From assembly GCA_001820055.1 (NCBI GenBank), contig MHOK01000005.1:7371-71370 (forward strand): DNA of 64,000 bases, read 5' to 3'. Positions 17,111 through 25,368 of this stretch are shown here, piece after piece; the first letter of the stretch is position 1, and each line of letters begins with the position of its first letter. The notes under the pieces were generated by a model. That model made no database searches. It was not told the origin of the DNA and worked only from the letters and a program-made list of their open reading frames with translations. Source of the stretch: Candidatus Spechtbacteria bacterium RIFCSPLOWO2_12_FULL_38_22. GTDB taxonomy: Bacteria; Patescibacteriota; Minisyncoccia; Spechtbacterales; 2-12-FULL-38-22. A program made the translations under genes and the position numbers.

Positions 17111-17674
17111 TTATTTTAACCTTTCAACATACTCACCTTTCTCTGTATTTATCTTTATAATATCGCCTTCCTCTATAAAAAGCGGTGTCTGAATTTTGGC
17201 GCCTGTTTCTATTGTAACCATCTTTGTCCCTCCGCCTGCTGTATTACCTTTTACATTCGGGGGAGCATCTACAACCTTGTAATCAATCTTTATAGGCAAC
17301 TTAACGCCTATAAACTCATCGTCAAAATATTCAACCACAACCAATAACCCCCCTTTTAAAAACTCCTTCTCATAAACTAAATCTGACTCTTTTATACTAA
17401 CTCTGTTTGATTTGTCATTGGGGTCACTAAAAACGCACTCTCCCCTGTGGTTATATATAAATACAAGCTCCCTTTTTTCAATATCTGCAGGCTCAAAACG
17501 CTCATTAGAGCTTACGTTTTTTGAAATTATGGATCCCGTGACTAAATTTTTCAACTTCAACTGAACGGTTGCCCCCTGGCGTCCTTTCTTCATATGCGAG
17601 CTCTCCAAAACTTTATGTGGATGACCCCCCAAAATAAACACAGAATCTCTTTTTAAATCATTTGCCGAAATCAT
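17111..17674 (-). CDS. efp: Elongation factor P
   Basis: KGNTA, IETGAKIQTPLFIEEGDIIKINT, YVER; 187 aa. Confidence 0.95.
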   Translation of the reverse strand: MISANDLKRDSVFILGGHPHKVLESSHMKKGRQGATVQLKLKNLVTGSIISKNVSSNERFEPADIEKRELVFIYNHRGECVFSDPNDKSNRVSIKESDLVYEKEFLKGGLLVVVEYFDDEFIGVKLPIKIDYKVVDAPPNVKGNTAGGGTKMVTIETGAKIQTPLFIEEGDIIKINTEKGEYVERLK

Positions 17675-18831
17675 GTTATTTTTTTGACTTCCAAATTATT
17701 TATTGCCTCTTGGACAGCGTCCTGAAGCTTAAGTTTTTCTTCCCACTGCGCAATTTCCTGTAGCTTTGCTTTCGTTTTTGGATTAGCGGAACTCAATACC
17801 GTACAGCAATCTTCAAACGGTAAAATTGAAATTTCGTAGGTATCTATACGTTTTGCAATCTCAATAGTCTCTAGCTTATCAAATCCAACGAGGGGTCGCA
17901 ATATGGGAAAGTTGATAGCATAGTCCACCGCGGCGATATTTTCTATGGTTTGACTTGCAACTTGTCCTAAACTTTCTCCGTTAATTAAAGCTTTGTAATT
18001 CTTTTTTTGGGCAATCTCTTTGGCAATTTGCACCATAAATCTTCTATGCAAGAGTGTCCATAATCGTTCTGGCGCTTTTTTTGATTCTACCTGAATTCTT
18101 GCTAAGTTTACAAGATACAACTGAATTTCCCCCCCATTAAAAACAGCCAACTTGCGACATAAATCTACCACCTTTTCTTTTGCTTTTTCCCCAGTGTAGG
18201 GCGGACTGTAAAAATGCACAGCATCAATTTTCATTCCACGCTTTTGACTCATCCATCCAGCAACAGGGCTATCTATGCCCCCTGAAAGCAACAATAATCC
18301 TGTGCCACTTATGCCCACGGGGAGTCCTTTAGGACCCGCAACTTCATCTTTGCTTGAATATAAATATATGCTAGATTTCTGCACTTCCACAAATATGCTA
18401 AAGTCAGGATTTTTAACATCCACTGTTAACATTTCGCCAAACTTATTAAGAACCGCCTCACCCAGTTCCTGGTTTAATTCCATTGAACTTTTTTCAAACT
18501 TTTTATCTGCTCTGCGAGCTTCTATTTTAAAAGTTTTGGCGCCATTTTCAACCTCTTTGCCTGCGATTTCATGTGTAATTTTTACAGCTTCTTTCAAGTT
18601 TGGTTCAACTTCATACGCTTCAACAAAACTGTGGATTCCAAAAATAGGTTTTAGGTTATAGTTGCTAGGTTTTAGGTTGTAAAGATAAATTCTTCCCTGC
18701 CCTATGATAATATCTTTATTGCTTAAACCTGTGCTTGCTTTAATATTTTTAATCAGTCGACCTATAAATTCATCTCTATTTTTACCCTTAAGCCAGATCT
18801 CTCCAAGTTTTATTAAAATAACTTTTTCCAT
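17671..18831 (-). CDS. thiI: tRNA 4-thiouridine synthase ThiI
   Basis: GEIWLKGKNR, THUMP domain, LLSGGIDSPV, GESLGQVASQT, EDCC. Confidence 0.97.
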   Translation of the reverse strand: MEKVILIKLGEIWLKGKNRDEFIGRLIKNIKASTGLSNKDIIIGQGRIYLYNLKPSNYNLKPIFGIHSFVEAYEVEPNLKEAVKITHEIAGKEVENGAKTFKIEARRADKKFEKSSMELNQELGEAVLNKFGEMLTVDVKNPDFSIFVEVQKSSIYLYSSKDEVAGPKGLPVGISGTGLLLLSGGIDSPVAGWMSQKRGMKIDAVHFYSPPYTGEKAKEKVVDLCRKLAVFNGGEIQLYLVNLARIQVESKKAPERLWTLLHRRFMVQIAKEIAQKKNYKALINGESLGQVASQTIENIAAVDYAINFPILRPLVGFDKLETIEIAKRIDTYEISILPFEDCCTVLSSANPKTKAKLQEIAQWEEKLKLQDAVQEAINNLEVKKIT

Positions 18832-19974
18832 TTATACTCTTAGTTCTTTTAACTTATTTTTCAAAACTTTACATGTGAAATCTATATCTTTCTCGCTTGT
18901 GAAACGGCTCAATCCAAAACGCAGGCTTCCAGTTATATACTCGTCTGGCACCTTTATTTCTTCTAAAACATGACTAGCCCCGCGATTTGCAGATGAACAA
19001 GCAGATCCGCTAGATACGTATATGCCCTCTAGCTCAAGGGCATGAAGCAAAATTTCAGCAGGAACCCTCTCAAAACTTACATTCAATGTCATCAATATCC
19101 CATTCTGGGGGGAATTTATTCTTACTCCCTCCATGTCTCCCAAATATTCCAAAAACTTGCTTCGCAATTTTTCAAAGTGTTTTTTCTTAACCTCAAAATC
19201 TTCGTACATCAGCTCAACTGCTTTCCCAAAACCAACGATTCCTGCCACATTTTCTGTACCGCTACGCATTCTGTTTTCCTGATTTCCACCGTGTATCAGT
19301 TTTTCTATATTTACACCTTCTTTTATGATTAGCGCACCGACACCCTTTGGGCCATGTACTTTGTGAGAGCTTAAAGCATATAGGTCAATGCCTTCTAGAT
19401 TAATCTCTAGTTTGCCAAGCGCTTGCACGCCATCTGAAAAAAATATAATATCTTTTTTTTTGTTTTTGCATGCTCGCGCTAAATCATTTATCGGATAGAC
19501 GGTTCCTATTTCATTATTTACATGCATTATTGAAACTAAAATTGTTCTATCGGTTATAGAGTCTACTAACTCATCCTTGTTAATGCGCCCCTCACCGTCT
19601 ACATCTAAATAGGTAACCTCAAAACCCTTGCTTTCTAGATACTGGCAGGTGCGCAATACCGCCTTGTGTTCTGTTTTTTGAGTAATTATGTGGTTACCGC
19701 TTTTTTGATGCGCAAACGTAGCTCCCTTTACTGCCCAGTTATCACTTTCCGTTGCGCCAGAAGTAAAAATAACTTCAGAACTTTTCACACACAAGATACC
19801 TGCAATTTTACGACGCGCTTCTTCAATGCCACGCATGGCTTCAACTCCCTTTATGTGCAAACTTGAAGGATTGCCAAAAAATTCCTCCATATAGGGCAAC
19901 ATGGCCTCTTTTACTTTCGGGTCTAGGGGAGTAGTCGCATTGTTGTCAAGATAAATTTTATTCACTTCGTTCAT
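18832..19974 (-). CDS. iscS: Cysteine desulfurase (IscS/NifS family)
   Basis: YLDNNATT, SSHKVHGPKG, SSGSAC; abuts thiI. Confidence 0.95.
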   Translation of the reverse strand: MNEVNKIYLDNNATTPLDPKVKEAMLPYMEEFFGNPSSLHIKGVEAMRGIEEARRKIAGILCVKSSEVIFTSGATESDNWAVKGATFAHQKSGNHIITQKTEHKAVLRTCQYLESKGFEVTYLDVDGEGRINKDELVDSITDRTILVSIMHVNNEIGTVYPINDLARACKNKKKDIIFFSDGVQALGKLEINLEGIDLYALSSHKVHGPKGVGALIIKEGVNIEKLIHGGNQENRMRSGTENVAGIVGFGKAVELMYEDFEVKKKHFEKLRSKFLEYLGDMEGVRINSPQNGILMTLNVSFERVPAEILLHALELEGIYVSSGSACSSANRGASHVLEEIKVPDEYITGSLRFGLSRFTSEKDIDFTCKVLKNKLKELRV

Positions 19975-19981
19975 AAAATAT

Positions 19982-20016
19982 TAGTAACCAGCAACAAGTA
20001 ACTTGTAACAAGTAAT
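19982..20016. repeat. Heptamer array (5 units, consensus WAGTAAC) downstream of the four-helix-bundle gene
   Basis: TAGTAAC CAGCAAC AAGTAAC TTGTAAC AAGTAAT. Confidence 0.85.
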
Positions 20017-20390
20017 TATTTTTGTTTTTCAATAGACCTTATTAAACCATTAATTAACTTCTCTACATCCTTGCTTGTTTCGCCTAACTGCTGACAGCTC
20101 TCTTTGTCTATTAATTTTAAATCTCTGGCCAAAAGTAGGAAATTCTGCACTTCTGCCACAGAACCCCTTGCTTGATAATAAAATCTTATTTTGTCGTTGT
20201 AGTGATATCGCGCAAATCCCTCTGCCATATTGGCTGTAACTGAACTTGAGGCTCTCCTCAACTGACTAGTTATCCCAAACACTTCTTCTTTGGGAAACCT
20301 TTCTGTAATTTGGTAAATTTTTATGATCAACTGGTGACCCTTTTTCCAAGCGCCCAAGTCATAAAAATTTTTAATGGAATTTTCGTTCAT
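20016..20390 (-). CDS. Four-helix-bundle protein (23S rRNA IVS / S23 family)
   Basis: F.DL.AW, FPKEE.FG.TSQLRRASSSV.AN.AEG, F..ARGS.AE. Confidence 0.95.
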   Translation of the reverse strand: MNENSIKNFYDLGAWKKGHQLIIKIYQITERFPKEEVFGITSQLRRASSSVTANMAEGFARYHYNDKIRFYYQARGSVAEVQNFLLLARDLKLIDKESCQQLGETSKDVEKLINGLIRSIEKQK

Positions 20391-20425
20391 TTTACTAGTT
20401 ACTAGTTGTTTGTTACTTGTTACTA
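20391..20425. repeat. Heptamer array (5 units, consensus GTTACTW) upstream of the four-helix-bundle gene, inverted relative to 19982-20016
   Basis: TTTACTA GTTACTA GTTGTTT GTTACTT GTTACTA. Confidence 0.85.
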
Positions 20426-20426
20426 A

Positions 20427-21875
20427 TTATTTCAAATAGTATTTCTCCTTTATATCCTGATTAACTTTTTCTTCCAGTTTTTCTTGTTTCTTTATGGCTT
20501 CTTTTTTTAACTTTTCAAGCTCTTTATCGCTCATTTTACCCAGTTCTCCTGTTCGTTTTTTTAAATAAGTCTTTTTATTTTTTAATGGATCGTCTAACAC
20601 CTCGTCTAAAAGAACGTTTAATACCTGTCCCACTTTTGGACTAGGCTTAATATCTAAAAATTTCATTACCTCGTTGCCGGAAACTTTCAACATGCCAACA
20701 GAGATAGCGTCCTTTTGTACTTTATCTATCATGTAGCGAAGATGACGAAGGCGATATGGTTCGGGCTTTGGAACGCCAGAACCCATTCTGTCGCAAATCC
20801 TTACTTTAATCAAGTCGTCCATATTTTGAGAACCAACCTTCGCGATAAGACGACGGACAGAGCTTTCCGTAACTTCGTCCACATTATAGTAAAACAGGTG
20901 ATAGCGCACTAAAGATACCACCCGTTCAATAAATTCACGTGAAAAATTAAGTCGCTCAAGGGCTTTACGCGTTATGCGCGCGCCCACAACTTCGTGGCCG
21001 TAAAAGGTTGCCTCTTCTCCTTCGCCTCTCTTTGTTTGGGGTTTACCAACATCGTGAAATAATGCGGCAAAACGCACGTGCGTAGGGTAGTCGTGTTCTG
21101 CGGCCCATTTAAGAGATAGGGCATTATGTTCAAAAACAGTATATATATGATGTTTTGATTGGTCTACCCCAACACCTTTTGCAATCTCCAGTAAAACAAG
21201 CTCTAGGAGCCCCGTATCTTTCATAAACAAAAGTCCATTATAGGCGCTTTTCGCGTTTATTAGTTTCACCAGTTCGTCTCTTACCCTTTCGCTGGCTATC
21301 AGTTTTATTAAGTGCGCATTTTTTATAATAGCCTTAAATGTCTCCTCATCAATTGTAAAATTTAACTGCGCGGCAAAACGCACACCTCTCATAAGGCGAA
21401 GTGCGTCTTCGTTAAATCTCTCATGCGGATCTCCCACCGCTTTTATAAATCCCTCTTTTAGATCTTTTTTGCCGTTAAACAAGTCAACAAGTTTGCCATC
21501 AGCGCTCATGGCAAGAGCGTTAATGGTAAAATCTCTGCGAGCTAAGTCCTTTTCAAGCGACTCTGTAAACTTAACCTCATCTGGATGGCGTTTATCAGAA
21601 TACTTTGCTTCAACTCTATAAGTTGTAACTTCTATAACCTTAAGTATTTCGTCTTTAGAATCTGTTTTCACCCCGACTGTTCCAAATGTGTTTTCGTAAA
21701 AACTATCTGGAAACAGTTTTTGAATAGCTTGAGTTTTAGCATTGGTCGTGATATCCCAGTCCTTGGGTTTTTGTTCTAATAAAATATCGCGCACGCATCC
21801 GCCTACAACATAAGCCTCAAAACCTGCTTTTTCTAATGTCTTTAATACTTTTTCTACCTCTTTTGGTATTTTCAT
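20427..21875 (-). CDS. cca: CCA tRNA nucleotidyltransferase with HD domain
   Basis: VGGCVRD, DWDITT, DLARRDFTINA, EDALR, HDVGK. Confidence 0.92.
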   Translation of the reverse strand: MKIPKEVEKVLKTLEKAGFEAYVVGGCVRDILLEQKPKDWDITTNAKTQAIQKLFPDSFYENTFGTVGVKTDSKDEILKVIEVTTYRVEAKYSDKRHPDEVKFTESLEKDLARRDFTINALAMSADGKLVDLFNGKKDLKEGFIKAVGDPHERFNEDALRLMRGVRFAAQLNFTIDEETFKAIIKNAHLIKLIASERVRDELVKLINAKSAYNGLLFMKDTGLLELVLLEIAKGVGVDQSKHHIYTVFEHNALSLKWAAEHDYPTHVRFAALFHDVGKPQTKRGEGEEATFYGHEVVGARITRKALERLNFSREFIERVVSLVRYHLFYYNVDEVTESSVRRLIAKVGSQNMDDLIKVRICDRMGSGVPKPEPYRLRHLRYMIDKVQKDAISVGMLKVSGNEVMKFLDIKPSPKVGQVLNVLLDEVLDDPLKNKKTYLKKRTGELGKMSDKELEKLKKEAIKKQEKLEEKVNQDIKEKYYLK

Positions 21876-21910
21876 TATCAGTTACATTTCCTAAGACTTT
21901 CTAGGGGAAA

Positions 21911-22019
21911 CTTCCTGGGGGTTGAATCTCCTGGGGGTTGAACCCCCAGGAGATTGCCGCTTATTACTTCCGACTTCTAATTTCCTGTTGATTTCCCGGG
22001 GGTTCAACCCCTGGGAAAT
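21911..22019. repeat. REP-like palindromes CCTGGGGGTT(G/C)AACCCCCAGG: half copy 21911-21926, full copies 21925-21955 and 21991-22019
   Basis: Read directly; flank the RAYT gene. Confidence 0.9.
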
Positions 22020-22024
22020 GTGCA

Positions 22025-22750
22025 TTAAAACGTATCCGCTCTAATAATATTATTCTCCGCTTTAAAATTTATCCAGTCTTCAACAATTCTGCGACAACTA
22101 CTTTCTCCTCCAAATAAGTTTAAATAAAAATCTCTTTCTGTAACTAGAGGGAAATTAGAATTTCCAATATAATCACAATAACTAGACCACCTATACCTTT
22201 CCAAAAAATTTAGTGCGTTGTTCTTGTTTTTAACTATTAATTCTTTCCAATCCGACTCCACTAGTTCTACAGGATTTGTATGAACATAGCTAAATATAAC
22301 CATTAATTGTTCGTTAGTCTTAATTTTAACACTTCTATATCTACCCTGAAATATGCCACCCATACCACTCCTATTGTACTTCTCATTAAAATATCCCGTA
22401 TATCCATTGCCTAATTTCTTCATAAATAGAGATATACCGCCATCGTTTATCTCTCTCAAAATTAAATGAAAATGATTGCGCATAAGAACAAGGGCTAAAA
22501 TAGCAACTATCGGCTTACGTTGTTTAACACTTCTAGCCTCTAACTTCTTAGGGGTTGAACCCCCAGGAAGTCGTCTTTCGTCATTCTTTAAGTCTCCTAT
22601 AACAATAAGCTCCTTGTTATTAAACCAATATAATGATTCAATAAAGCGCAAATAATCTTTATCGTCTAAAAATATATCGCGTTTATCATATCCGCGATTA
22701 TATACATGGTATATTCCATTTATTTCAAAATCTCTAGGTGGTGAAGCCAT
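22025..22750 (-). mobile_element. REP-associated tyrosine transposase (RAYT, Y1 HUH family)
   Basis: YHVYNRG, LMRNHFHL (HUH), FQGRY, Y.H.NP (catalytic Tyr), YRWSSY; flanked by palindromes. Confidence 0.92.
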
Positions 22751-22765
22751 AAAGTCAACCTATCA

Positions 22766-22800
22766 TACAATTCCTGGGGGTTCAACCCCCAGGAATTGTA
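22766..22800. repeat. Perfect 35-bp REP-like palindrome TACAATTCCTGGGGGTT-C-AACCCCCAGGAATTGTA
   Basis: 17-bp perfect arms immediately upstream of the RAYT. Confidence 0.92.
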
Positions 22801-22874
22801 AATTAGCCACCGAGTCCGCCGAAAGGGCGAATAAACTCCGCGAGGCGAACCAAAACTCTTTGACTTTTCCTACG

Positions 22875-22951
22875 TGGTGCTCCCGGGAGGACTCGAACCT
22901 CCAACCTTCTGGTCCGAAGCCAGACACTCTATCCGATTGAGCTACAGGAGC
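22875..22951 (-). tRNA. tRNA-Arg(UCG)
   Basis: Cloverleaf; anticodon arm TCTGG-CTTCGGA-CCAGA; GGTTCGAGTCC T-arm; encoded CCA. Confidence 0.95.
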
Positions 22952-23144
22952 TATACTTTGCTCAGAAAATATTCTGAGCCACGGAAGAACTAAAAACAAA
23001 TTCAAGTTACTACTTGCTTGCCGTCCGAAGTCTTGACGAAGGATGGCCCTTCCGAAGCCCACAATGAAATAAGGGGCGTAGGAGGGAGCTACAGGAGCAT
23101 ATCGTTATTTATACCACACGCTATGCTAAAATTCAATTGAGAAG

Positions 23145-23173
23145 TTGACTTTAATTTAAAATTATGTTAGGAT
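23145..23173 (+). promoter_or_regulatory. Sigma70-type promoter for the NUDIX gene
   Basis: TTGACT-N17-TAGGAT with extended TG; GGAGGTG Shine-Dalgarno at 23201-23207. Confidence 0.65.
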
Positions 23174-23211
23174 TGAGACAGCGTACGAAATCCGTACAAG
23201 GGAGGTGAAAA

Positions 23212-23706
23212 GTGACTGCTCAACAAACTAAACAGCCCGATATGTACCAGCCGGGGGATAATGGGAAGGCGACTGCGGTATTAGTTCTAATGCCAGACCC
23301 AACCAATACATACCTTGGCATTCCATTAGTGAAGGACGAAAAGCATCCTAATCCAAAATGGAAACTACCAGGAGGTAGAGGAGAGGGTGAAGAAAGCCCT
23401 TCAAAGACAGGGGTCAGGGAGTTGCTAGAAGAAACTGGTGTTAGTGTAATCCAGTCCCAGTTGTTCCCTCTTACTGAACCAGAGGATAGACACACCAATA
23501 CATTTTTCCTGTACTGGACTGTTCTTCCCCAGTACCAACCCCTTAAGGACAGGGGAACAGTAGATAAAGAACTTGTGGGATTTTTCTCGGTAGAGGAAGT
23601 TATGGAAATGGTGGAGCGGGAAGAATTTCTGCGTTCCCATGGAAAATTCCTATATCCACTTTTTAAGTATCTGCGAAGCCAACATCCCCAATTCGTTACC
23701 GCCTGA
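23212..23706 (+). CDS. NUDIX hydrolase
   Basis: Nudix box WKLPGGRGEGEESPSKTGVRELLEETG; strong SD before GTG start. Confidence 0.9.
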   Translation: MTAQQTKQPDMYQPGDNGKATAVLVLMPDPTNTYLGIPLVKDEKHPNPKWKLPGGRGEGEESPSKTGVRELLEETGVSVIQSQLFPLTEPEDRHTNTFFLYWTVLPQYQPLKDRGTVDKELVGFFSVEEVMEMVEREEFLRSHGKFLYPLFKYLRSQHPQFVTA

Positions 23707-23819
23707 AAGAACATAAATACGTCTACTCTGTGTAGGCGTATTATTATATCTGGGGATTAGAAAATAGTGACTAAATATTTTATATCTGATAGAATTATTA
23801 TGTTGCATTAATAAAAAGT

Positions 23820-24239
23820 ATGGAAAAAATTTTTAATAGAATACTATTTGGGGTATTGATCATATTTATCGCGACACTTCCGATATCTCCACAAATTACT
23901 GAAGCAGATACAAGAGGGGGCGGACTAATCCCTTGCGGAGGAACTGAAAACCCTTGCGGTGTACGGGATCTATTTGTTCTACTGCACAATGTGGTGGATT
24001 TTGGTATTACAAAACTGGCTCCCATATTCGTTGTAATGATGCTCGTAATTGGAGGGTTCCACATACTAACTTCGGCAGGTAATCCGGGGCGCGTTACCAA
24101 GGGTAAGGACCTAATAAAATGGGCCTTAATCGGTTATGCGATAGTATTATTGTCATGGATCATTATAAATACGATATTTAGTCTCATCGGCCTTGCCAAT
24201 TGGACGGGGTTAAACAAATGGTGGGAAATAAAACTATAA
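23820..24239 (+). CDS. VirB2/TrbC-like pilin (CPR type)
   Basis: Signal peptide, GLIPCG..C, GGF.ILTSAGNP..V.KGK..I..ALIG. Confidence 0.8.
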   Translation: MEKIFNRILFGVLIIFIATLPISPQITEADTRGGGLIPCGGTENPCGVRDLFVLLHNVVDFGITKLAPIFVVMMLVIGGFHILTSAGNPGRVTKGKDLIKWALIGYAIVLLSWIIINTIFSLIGLANWTGLNKWWEIKL

Positions 24240-24245
24240 CAATAC

Positions 24246-24277
24246 AGTTAGTAGTGAGTAGTTGGTAGGGAGTAGTG
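24246..24277. repeat. Heptamer array (GAGTAGT-type)
   Basis: TAGTAGT GAGTAGT TGGTAGG GAGTAGT; reverse complement of the CTACTCA units in rsmA. Confidence 0.65.
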
Positions 24278-24293
24278 GATAACAACAAAAAAC

Positions 24294-24367
24294 CCGCCCA
24301 TAGCTCAATCCGGCAGAGCAGCTCCCTCTTAAGGAGAAGGTTTCAGGTTCAATTCCTGATGGGCGGA
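24294..24367 (+). tRNA. tRNA-Lys(CUU), CCA not encoded
   Basis: Acceptor CCGCCCA/TGGGCGG; anticodon loop CTCTTAA; T-arm TCAGG-TTCAATT-CCTGA. Confidence 0.88.
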
Positions 24368-24464
24368 CACTCTAGAAAACGGCTCGTACTACTTCAATAA
24401 TACTGGACATTTTTCATACAAAAATCCTTGATTTAACAAATATAGTATGGTAGCATAGATAAAT

Positions 24465-24734
24465 ATGGCATTAAAAACAGATTCTAAACAAAAAGTTATA
24501 GAAGACTACAAATTACATCCAGCCGATACGGGTTCCGCAGAAGTTCAAGTAGCTGTTCTAACAGAAGAAATTAACAAACTAGTTAAACATCTTAAGAAAC
24601 ATAAAAAAGACGACCACTCCAGACGCGGTCTTTTAATGATGGTTTCAAAAAGAAAAAGATTATTGGATTATCTCTCACGTGAAAACGAAAAGAGGTACAA
24701 AAATCTAATCAAAAAACTAGGATTAAAAAGATAA
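24465..24734 (+). CDS. rpsO: 30S ribosomal protein S15
   Basis: [26 protein letters not shown]. Confidence 0.98.
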   Translation: MALKTDSKQKVIEDYKLHPADTGSAEVQVAVLTEEINKLVKHLKKHKKDDHSRRGLLMMVSKRKRLLDYLSRENEKRYKNLIKKLGLKR

Positions 24735-24736
24735 TC

Positions 24737-25252
24737 ATGGTAGAACCTATTACATATCCGGCTCAACGAGTTGCTGTTTTGATAGATGTTCAGAACTTTT
24801 ATCACTCCGCAAAAAACATATACAAACGCCGAGTAAACTTTAAAGAAATACTAAAACACGCTGTTCAAGATAGGCAACTAATACGCGCCTACGCATATGT
24901 CGTTAGCACAGAAAGCGGGGAAGAAAAAGATTTTTTTGAAGTTCTTAAGGGCATGGGGATTGAAATACGCGTAAAAGACCTGCAAATATACTACGGCGGA
25001 TTAAAAAAGGCCGATTGGGATGTTGGGGTTGTAATAGATGCAGTGCGCTTATGTAGCTATGCGGATGTGATAATTTTAATGAGTGGAGATGGTGATTTTA
25101 TACCTCTTGTTGAATACCTTAAAAACAAGGGGGTGCAGACAGAAGTTCTTGCGTTCGGACGCAGCGCATCAGCAAAGCTAAAGGAGTCAGCAGACTATTT
25201 TATAGACTTAGATGAAGCACCGGATAGGTTTTTACTAAAAAAGAAACTATAA
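24737..25252 (+). CDS. NYN (LabA/DUF88) domain ribonuclease-like protein
   Basis: IDVQN, KKADWDV, SGDGDF.PL. Confidence 0.92.
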   Translation: MVEPITYPAQRVAVLIDVQNFYHSAKNIYKRRVNFKEILKHAVQDRQLIRAYAYVVSTESGEEKDFFEVLKGMGIEIRVKDLQIYYGGLKKADWDVGVVIDAVRLCSYADVIILMSGDGDFIPLVEYLKNKGVQTEVLAFGRSASAKLKESADYFIDLDEAPDRFLLKKKL

Positions 25253-25368
25253 AACTTAACAAGCAATTTATAGATTTAAACAGAGAAAGAAAGACAAAGA
25301 TTGAATTACTGTAGGTGCGGCAACTCAATCTTTGTCTTTACTCTAAATCTACAAATTGCATTTTAGAA

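Noticed and set aside
20016-20390. Four-helix bundle as the Avd of a diversity-generating retroelement
   Set aside because: No reverse transcriptase or TR/VR pair with adenine-specific mismatches is present; the mismatches in the near-identical repeats at 11109/11583 and 47238/48429 are not adenine-specific
22763-23062. 99-aa ORF on the minus strand
   Set aside because: It overlaps tRNA-Arg and palindromic repeats; spurious
23220-23714. 164-aa ORF antisense to the NUDIX gene
   Set aside because: Shadow frame; the plus-strand ORF has the Nudix box, promoter and SD
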